A stretch of DNA of 10,320 nt, from assembly GCA_037147375.1 (NCBI GenBank), contig JBAWVI010000027.1:1-10320 (forward strand), in the 5' to 3' direction. The notes under the pieces were generated by a model. It made no database searches. It saw nothing but the letters and a program-made list of their open reading frames with translations, and was not told the origin of the DNA. Of the stretch, positions 4,946 through 10,320 are shown piece by piece (position 1 is the first letter of the stretch; each line of letters starts with the position of its first letter). Source of the DNA: an archaeon (GTDB taxonomy: Archaea; Iainarchaeota; Iainarchaeia; Iainarchaeales; CSSED10-239). The translations under genes were made by a program, and so were the position numbers.

Positions 4946-7111
4946 TTAAATTGAAAGTAAGTTCTTTAATATTTCTTTTTCTTTCTTATATATTATTTCT
5001 TTGTACTTAATTTGATCCTTTGTTACAAGAACAGCATTAATCTTAAGTTCTACAAGATTCTTAATAACTTCTTCTGTGTAATCATTCTTAATATCAAATA
5101 TTCTTTGTATCTTGGAATCTTTACACATGTTAATTACTGCTCTAAGTTTATCAAAATAATCAATTTCAGGAACATCAAACACAATGAAATCAGAGCCAGC
5201 TTCAAGATATTGTTTTAATATATTTGGTTTATTTAAATCATTTATAACAATTCCAGTTGGAAAACCAGCTTCATCTTTAACTGAATTTAATTCATCAGTT
5301 GATTTCATATTTTCTATGATTACATTTAAATTTTTATATTCTTTATTAACCTCTATTAATGCTTCTATCTCAAGATGAGATAAATTTTCATCAACTAAGT
5401 TATCTTGGTGTAAGTTTAATAAATAATAAACTGTTTTTTCAGGTAATGCCATCATTAAAGTTCTTATCTTTTTACTCAAGTTTGGAATAACTTGTTCTTG
5501 ATCTGTAAGCATAGTGTATATTTCATCACTAGTAAACAATGATTTGAAATTTATTAATAATCCATTAACGTCTGCAAAGTTTACTTCGCTTAACTCAGTT
5601 GGTTTTCTTAGTTTAAAGATTATTTTTGTAATTGTTTCTGGATACTCTGGCTCCATTTCTTGAATTTCTCCAATTATTGTTGAGATTTCTTTTTCTTCTT
5701 GTATTTCTTTAAATGCAGCATTAACTCCTCCGGTTGCTTTAAGTCCTGTAAGAATATAAACTGCACCTGTTGTTCCGTTTATTTGAATATAATCTCCATC
5801 CTTAAGAACTGTTGTTGCATTTCTTGTGTTAACTACGCATGGAAGGGAGTATTTTTCAGCAACAAGAGCAGCATGACAAATAGCTGATCCAACATCAGTA
5901 ATTATTCCACATCCCTCTTTAATATAATCACTCATAAGTCCATTTGTCATCTTAGTTACAATTATTGTTTTTTCATTTATGTCCTTAAGATCTGTTTTAA
6001 CATCTTTAATTATTTTAACATATCCATTTGTAACTCCAGAAAACACAGGCACACCTTCAAGAACTAAATCTTTCTTGAAAGCATCTATTTTTTCTTGTAC
6101 ATAGGTTCTATTAGTTGGTTTTTTTGTTTTCTTTAAGTTTGAATCTAAAGGATCAGCAGCTATAATAAATATTTCTGCTTTTTCAAAAGCCCAATCAACA
6201 CAAAAAGAACATTTAAATTGTGTTTCAAGTTTTTTAGCAAGTGACGTTAATTCTTTAAGATAAGCGGTTTCAAGTTTTTGTTTATCTTGTTCTTTCTTTT
6301 CAATGTTTTCTTTAACTGTTTTTCCAAGTACTCTTTTTAATTGCCATTCTTGAATTGCTTTGCTTTTCTTAACAACATCTAAGTTTTTCTTAGACATTTC
6401 ATAATGATCAGGAGTAATTTCTTTAACAATTGTTGAGCCTCCAATACCCCATATAGCTTCAATAATTGTATTCTTTTCTCCAACTTCTTTACTTGTTATC
6501 ATTATTCCAGATATTTTTGCATTTACCATTTTTTGGATAATTACACACATTCCAATCTTTGTAAAATCAAGTTTATTTTCACGTAAATATTCTAAAACTT
6601 CTGGAGAAAACATAGTAAAATAACATTCTTTAATATGTAAAATAACTGTATCAAAACCTTTAATGTTTAAAAAGCCACATTGTTTTTCTAAGTAATCAAG
6701 ATGTTGTTGAGAAACTTCCTCTGAGGTTAATGATACCCTTATTGCTACGAAATCATCAATCTTACTATTAAGCCAACCAACCTTTGTTTCTCCAACCTTG
6801 TTATACATTTTTTCAAGATCTGATCTTAAATCATCAGTTTCTTTATTTTTAAAAAATAGTTTTCTAATTTCATTTGACTTGAATTGAATATCATTTTGAT
6901 TTTTATAATCTATTGTTCTTAAAATTTCAATAATTCTTTCTTTAAGATTGTTTTGTTGTAAGTAACTATAATATACTTTTGAACTAATTGCAAACGCTCG
7001 TGGAATTGCATATTTTTCTTTAGTTAGTTCAGCAAGATGTGTTGCTTTGTAACCCATAGTATATACATCGTTATCATTAATATCTTTAAGCCATTTAATT
7101 AGTTCTTCCAT
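4946..7111 (-). CDS. PEP-utilizing enzyme family protein (pyruvate,water dikinase / PpsA-like), highly divergent
   Basis: Three-domain colinearity with PpsA. The N-terminal ATP-grasp/PPDK_N-like part has GYKATHLAEL, IPRAFAISSKVY, VAIRVSLTSEE, ISGIMITS and EAIWGIGGSTIVKEITPDHY. The swivel phospho-His domain reads IIVTKMTNGLMSDYIKEGCGIITDVGSAICHAALVAEKYSLPCVVNTRNATTVLKDGDYIQINGTTGAVY. The C-terminal ~240 aa is only colinear with the PEP/pyruvate TIM-barrel domain. Confidence 0.8.
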   Translation of the reverse strand: MEELIKWLKDINDNDVYTMGYKATHLAELTKEKYAIPRAFAISSKVYYSYLQQNNLKERIIEILRTIDYKNQNDIQFKSNEIRKLFFKNKETDDLRSDLEKMYNKVGETKVGWLNSKIDDFVAIRVSLTSEEVSQQHLDYLEKQCGFLNIKGFDTVILHIKECYFTMFSPEVLEYLRENKLDFTKIGMCVIIQKMVNAKISGIMITSKEVGEKNTIIEAIWGIGGSTIVKEITPDHYEMSKKNLDVVKKSKAIQEWQLKRVLGKTVKENIEKKEQDKQKLETAYLKELTSLAKKLETQFKCSFCVDWAFEKAEIFIIAADPLDSNLKKTKKPTNRTYVQEKIDAFKKDLVLEGVPVFSGVTNGYVKIIKDVKTDLKDINEKTIIVTKMTNGLMSDYIKEGCGIITDVGSAICHAALVAEKYSLPCVVNTRNATTVLKDGDYIQINGTTGAVYILTGLKATGGVNAAFKEIQEEKEISTIIGEIQEMEPEYPETITKIIFKLRKPTELSEVNFADVNGLLINFKSLFTSDEIYTMLTDQEQVIPNLSKKIRTLMMALPEKTVYYLLNLHQDNLVDENLSHLEIEALIEVNKEYKNLNVIIENMKSTDELNSVKDEAGFPTGIVINDLNKPNILKQYLEAGSDFIVFDVPEIDYFDKLRAVINMCKDSKIQRIFDIKNDYTEEVIKNLVELKINAVLVTKDQIKYKEIIYKKEKEILKNLLSI

Positions 7112-7332
7112 ACGTTATCAAATTTACCTTTTATTTCACTTATTCTTGGCAGAATTATATAAATATTATACTTTTTCCACTATTATATTATATAGAAACA
7201 TATTTATACTTTATTAGTTTGATTTCTAGGGTTTAGTGGTTAGAGGTAGATAGATATTTAGGAAAAAACCTATATTTAAAAGAAGTATCAATTGCATATA
7301 TTTGAAAAACCAAGTTTAATTTAAGTGAAATT

Positions 7333-8496
7333 ATGGTGAACTTAATAAAAAAAGTAAATAATTTTGAAATTTATATAATTATTGGATTATTAGTAGTTGT
7401 TGCTGTATTAATATTTTCTATAAATGTACGTATAAATAAGTTTAATGCATTATCTAAAGATTATTATTTACTTGAAATGGATAATAATAAAAATATTCAA
7501 TATAATCAAGATCTTAATCAACTATTAACTATAGAAATAAGTAAATATAATAATCTTGGTTCTAATTATCTTGAACTTCAATCAAAATATCTTGATCAAA
7601 TTAAAATAATTGATAATTTAAATTTAGATAAGAATCAATTATCTAATGAGTACGACGTGCTTAGCACAGATTATACTTCTCTTATTAAAGAAATTAATAC
7701 ATTTAAAACCGAAATTACAATGTCTATGGATTGGTTTAAAGAAAATTCAACTATAGATAATATTTCTGATTCAACTAGAATGAAATCACATTTAGAAACC
7801 TGTGTAACTTGCGGATCTGATACTTGCACAATTAAAACATCTTGTATTAATTGGTTTGTAAATGAAAATAAATTTCATTTAGTGTATGGAGATGATAACA
7901 CAATTACAAATAAAGAGGATAAACTTCAATCTCTTAATTCATTTTTATTAAATGAAGCAGGAGATTGTGAAGATTATGCGATGTTGTTTTCTGCAGAGAT
8001 AAGATATTTAGTTGATTATGTAATTACAGAAAAGAAAAGAACTCCAATAATTGAAGCAATTATAAAAACAGATACGCAAGAAGATTATAAAATTGTTGGA
8101 GATTGGGTTTATTCATCAGGAATAGAAGCATATGCGCTTGATGAAAATTATATTTATCCAACAGTTGCATGCGGTAATCTCTTTGATCTTCAAACAAATG
8201 AATATAATGGTCATTGTGTGATTATGATTACAAACAAAGATGTAAATAAAGTTTCTGATTTATCAAGCTTAGATAAAATTTATTTAATAGAACCACAGTT
8301 TGGTGATTTTATTGATTTTGCAGAATATGATGGTGTACTTAAAACAAAAAATGATAACTCAAAAATTGATATGTTAATAACTAAGAAAGATCTTTATATG
8401 CATGAGTCTAGATTCTATAGTAACACTAATTATACGAGTGCTAATTGGTATGGGTATGAGACTTTCCTAGATAAGATTAATAGTATCACTAAATAG
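7333..8496 (+). CDS. Membrane-anchored, probably extracellular protein with a coiled-coil stalk, a Cys cluster and a transglutaminase-like (papain-fold) Cys-His core
   Basis: N-terminal signal-anchor IYIIIGLLVVVAVLIFSI after a Lys-rich start. Residues ~40-130 are an N/Q/L-rich heptad-like region. CVTCGSDTCTIKTSC forms a Cys cluster. GDCEDYAMLFSAEIRYL (Cys212, nt 7966-7968) fits the G-x-C-x-x-[FY]-A-x-L-F transglutaminase-like nucleophile motif. NGHCVIMI (His294, nt 8212-8214) and YLIEPQFGD (Glu320/Asp325) fit the His and acid positions. The CDS call is solid (0.8); the fold assignment is about 0.45. Confidence 0.7.
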   Translation: MVNLIKKVNNFEIYIIIGLLVVVAVLIFSINVRINKFNALSKDYYLLEMDNNKNIQYNQDLNQLLTIEISKYNNLGSNYLELQSKYLDQIKIIDNLNLDKNQLSNEYDVLSTDYTSLIKEINTFKTEITMSMDWFKENSTIDNISDSTRMKSHLETCVTCGSDTCTIKTSCINWFVNENKFHLVYGDDNTITNKEDKLQSLNSFLLNEAGDCEDYAMLFSAEIRYLVDYVITEKKRTPIIEAIIKTDTQEDYKIVGDWVYSSGIEAYALDENYIYPTVACGNLFDLQTNEYNGHCVIMITNKDVNKVSDLSSLDKIYLIEPQFGDFIDFAEYDGVLKTKNDNSKIDMLITKKDLYMHESRFYSNTNYTSANWYGYETFLDKINSITK

Positions 8497-8571
8497 TAAA
8501 TTGATGCTTGGCCAGCTACCCCCCCGAAAGGAATATATACTTGAATATTACATATATTTATGATAAGTTCC

Positions 8572-8590
8572 TGAAGTTAACCTAACTTCA
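8572..8590 (+). other. Perfect 7-bp hairpin in the radA upstream region
   Basis: TGAAGTT (8572-8578), loop AACCT, AACTTCA (8584-8590). It lies just downstream of a TATA-like CATATATTTATGA (about 8551-8563), near the expected radA transcription start. Confidence 0.3.
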
Positions 8591-8670
8591 TGGTAAATGA
8601 ATTGTGAGGCGGAGAACACAAGAAATAAAACGCAATAGAAAAAGTAGAAAAAAACAAGAAAAAAGGTGGA

Positions 8671-9753
8671 ATGGATATGAGTAAGGGTAATAAAAAACAA
8701 GACGATGAGTATGTAGAAGTAGCTGAAGATACTTCTCAAGAGAAAGAAAGTGATGAAAACGAAGTTTCTGAAAAGAAAAAGAAATCTAAAGTAGATGATG
8801 ATCTTCTTAATAAAATAAAACCAAAGGATATTTCTGATCTTCCAGGAATTGGAGCAACTTCTGCTGAAAAATTAAGAGCAGCTGGTTATGATTCTTATGA
8901 AGCAATAGCTGTAGCTTCACCAATGGAGCTTGTTGCTGTTGCTGGGCTTGGAGATGGTACTGCAATTAAAGCAATTAAAGCAGCTCGTGATTCTTTAGAA
9001 ATGGGATTTGAGAGTGCTGATATAATTTTAGAAAAAAGAAGAACTATTTCAAAGTTATCAACTGGTTCTGAAAATATTGATGAACTTCTTGGTGGAGGAA
9101 TTGAATCCCAATCAATTACAGAAGTTTATGGTAAGTATGCTTCTGGTAAATCACAATGGTGTTTTCAATTATGTGTAATGGCTCAAATGCCTGTTGAAAA
9201 AGGTGGACTTGGAGGAAATGTATTATATATTGATACAGAAAATTCATTTAGGCCTGAAAGAGTACAAGATATAGCAAGATATAGAGGAATGGACCCTGAA
9301 GAAGTTGTAAAGAACGTATTTGTTGCAAGAGCATACAATAGTAATCATCAAATGCTTCTTGCAGAGAAAGCAGCTGAACTTATTAAAGAAAAAAATGTTA
9401 AGCTTTTAATTGTTGATTCTTTAATGGGACAATTCAGGTCTGAGTTTACAGGAAGAGGAACATTATCTGATAGACAACAAAAGATTAATACACATATGCG
9501 CCTTCTTCAGAAATTATCTGAATTGTATAACGTAGTTGTGTTCGTAACAAACCAAGTTATGTCAAGACCAGATGTATTATTTGGAGATCCCACAGATGCT
9601 GTTGGTGGTAATGTTGTAAAGCACGCATCGAAGACCAGAATTTATTTAAGGAAAGGAACAGGAACAAAGAGAATTGCAAAGCTTGTTGATTCACCAGGAC
9701 TTCCAGATGGAGAAACAGTATACAACATCACAGAAGATGGGGTTTTAGATTAA
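8671..9753 (+). CDS. radA: DNA repair and recombination protein RadA (archaeal Rad51/RecA homologue)
   Basis: HhH N-domain DLPGIGATSAEKLRAAGYDSYEAIAVASPMELVAVAGLGDGTAIKAIKAARD. Walker A GKYASGKSQ. YIDTENSFRPERV. Walker B KLLIVDSLM. L1/L2 region RSEFTGRGTLSDRQQKINTHM and NQVMSRPDVLFGDPTDAVGGNVVKHASKTRIYLRKG. GGTGGA (8665-8670) abuts the first ATG and sits 6 nt before the second ATG at 8677, so the true start may be 8677. Confidence 0.95.
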   Translation: MDMSKGNKKQDDEYVEVAEDTSQEKESDENEVSEKKKKSKVDDDLLNKIKPKDISDLPGIGATSAEKLRAAGYDSYEAIAVASPMELVAVAGLGDGTAIKAIKAARDSLEMGFESADIILEKRRTISKLSTGSENIDELLGGGIESQSITEVYGKYASGKSQWCFQLCVMAQMPVEKGGLGGNVLYIDTENSFRPERVQDIARYRGMDPEEVVKNVFVARAYNSNHQMLLAEKAAELIKEKNVKLLIVDSLMGQFRSEFTGRGTLSDRQQKINTHMRLLQKLSELYNVVVFVTNQVMSRPDVLFGDPTDAVGGNVVKHASKTRIYLRKGTGTKRIAKLVDSPGLPDGETVYNITEDGVLD

Positions 9754-9757
9754 GGTT

Positions 9758-9809
9758 GAAGGATAATTCATCCTTCTTCTTTTCTTCCTTTTTTTTTTAT
9801 TTTCTTTTT
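9758..9809 (+). terminator. Hairpin plus long oligo-T tract downstream of radA
   Basis: GAAGGAT (9758-9764), loop AATTC, ATCCTTC (9770-9776), a perfect 7-bp stem. It is followed by TTCTTCTTTTCTTCCTTTTTTTTTTATTTTCTTTTT. The T-tract overlaps the Lys-rich 3' end of the convergent gene. Confidence 0.45.
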
Positions 9810-10320
9810 AGATTTATTTTATTTCCATCTTTGTATTTGCCTTTATGCACACCCATCTTGGTTTTCTTTTGGGCATCTCTATATTTGATAACTCTATCTT
9901 CTCTATATTGTTGCAAGTCCTTTGAAATGATTCCTGGGCCACCAATACACCCACCTTTACAAAAGAGAATATCTATAAATTTAATCGTCTTGTTTTTTTC
10001 AATTTCTTTTATTGCCCAAGCTATATTTTTTGGGCCATCAACAACTAAAACTTGTTCTGGAGTTAATAGTTCTTTTATATGCATTGTTTCTGCAACAGCA
10101 CCAGAAAGAGGATAAATCTTAGTATAGTCATTATATATCTTGTCAAAATCAATATTTGTATTCTTTGTTTTTGTATCTTGTTTTTTAAATAATTTATTTT
10201 TTTTACAGTAATTTATTATTTCAGATAACTCAAAAAAGGTGATTGTAAAATTTACATCCTTCTTGTTTTTTTCTGCTTCTTGCTTTTTTGCAATACAAGG
10301 TCCTACAAATATATTTGTGT
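9797..10320 (-). CDS. [FeFe]-hydrogenase-like protein (Fe_hyd_lg_C-type H-cluster domain), C-terminal part; the 5' end lies beyond the window
   Basis: Manual reverse translation of 10085-10320 in the frame of ORF 9797..10084 has no stop. It reads ..TNIFVGPCIAKKQEAEKNKKDVNFTITFFELSEIINYCKKNKLFKKQDTKTKNTNIDFDKIYNDYTKIYPLSGAVAET-MHIKELL.. GPCIAKKQE (Cys at 10295-10297) matches the H-cluster motif MPCxxKKxE. FCKGGCIGGPG (Cys at 9959-9961 and 9947-9949) matches MACxGGCxxGGG. LSGAVAET parallels GATGGVMEA. The ATG at 10084 is therefore internal. Confidence 0.7.
   Translation of the reverse strand, partial: TNIFVGPCIAKKQEAEKNKKDVNFTITFFELSEIINYCKKNKLFKKQDTKTKNTNIDFDKIYNDYTKIYPLSGAVAETMHIKELLTPEQVLVVDGPKNIAWAIKEIEKNKTIKFIDILFCKGGCIGGPGIISKDLQQYREDRVIKYRDAQKKTKMGVHKGKYKDGNKINLKRK

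Noticed and set aside
4483-7111. tRNA-Cys as an integration site for a mobile element or island carrying the downstream orphan and PpsA-like genes
   Set aside because: I found no direct repeat of the tRNA 3' end downstream in the window. There is no integrase/recombinase, transposase or inverted repeats. By eye, the composition of the downstream genes is the same as the rest of the window.
7226-7254. tRNA-like or split-tRNA fragment (TAGTGGTTAGAGG resembles a D-arm)
   Set aside because: I could not fold an acceptor stem, anticodon arm or T arm around it. The flanks have no complementary 3' half and there is no GC-rich pairing leader. The resemblance is limited to ~12 nt.
7112-7332. Replication origin at the AT-rich divergent intergenic region
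   Set aside because: There is no adjacent orc1/cdc6 gene and no recognisable long ORB-type inverted repeats flanking a duplex-unwinding element. The only repeat is a 12-13 nt TATA-like element. Strand switching of genes here is explained by an ordinary divergent promoter.
8500-8575. Possible archaeal C/D-box sRNA (TGATGC near 8502, ATGATAA near 8560, CTGA at 8571)
   Set aside because: Box spacing is wrong, with about 65 nt between the C-like and D-like boxes and only ~5 nt between the C'-like and D boxes where ~12 nt guides are expected. There is no credible D' box and the boxes themselves are imperfect.
1-10320. CRISPR arrays, rRNA genes, transposons, toxin-antitoxin or known defence-system gene sets
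   Set aside because: There are no regularly spaced direct repeats. No ORFs carry Cas, transposase, integrase, restriction-modification, ATPase-nuclease defence or TA-like motifs. The Mre11-type nuclease has housekeeping-type motifs and no SMC/ATPase partner next to it.

Overview
AT-rich, tightly packed archaeal chromosomal segment. The archaeal call rests on a RadA recombinase with an N-terminal HhH domain, an Mre11-type nuclease, a tRNA gene without encoded CCA, TATA-box promoters and oligo-T terminators. The Lys-rich protein tails and very short intergenic gaps suggest a small-genome, DPANN-like archaeon, but that is inference only. I support 12 protein genes and one tRNA. On the minus strand these are mre11, then a tight four-gene Fe-S cluster module (ArsR-type regulator, NifS cysteine desulfurase, IscU/NifU scaffold, DUF1858-like CxxC protein), and a 721-aa PEP-synthase-like protein whose signature motifs look degenerate. 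On the plus strand these are a small 4-TM membrane protein, two small orphan ORFs, tRNA-Cys(GCA), a membrane-anchored protein with a transglutaminase-like Cys/His core, and radA. At the right edge the minus-strand frame stays open to the window end and encodes the C-terminal part of an [FeFe]-hydrogenase-like protein, so the ORF track under-calls it. I saw no CRISPR array, transposase, integrase or rRNA. The best candidates for undescribed biology are the regulator and accessory proteins attached to the minimal NifS/NifU system, the degenerate PpsA-like protein, the extracellular transglutaminase-like protein, and the compact [FeFe]-hydrogenase-like gene. All functional calls come from motif recognition by eye, with no database search.
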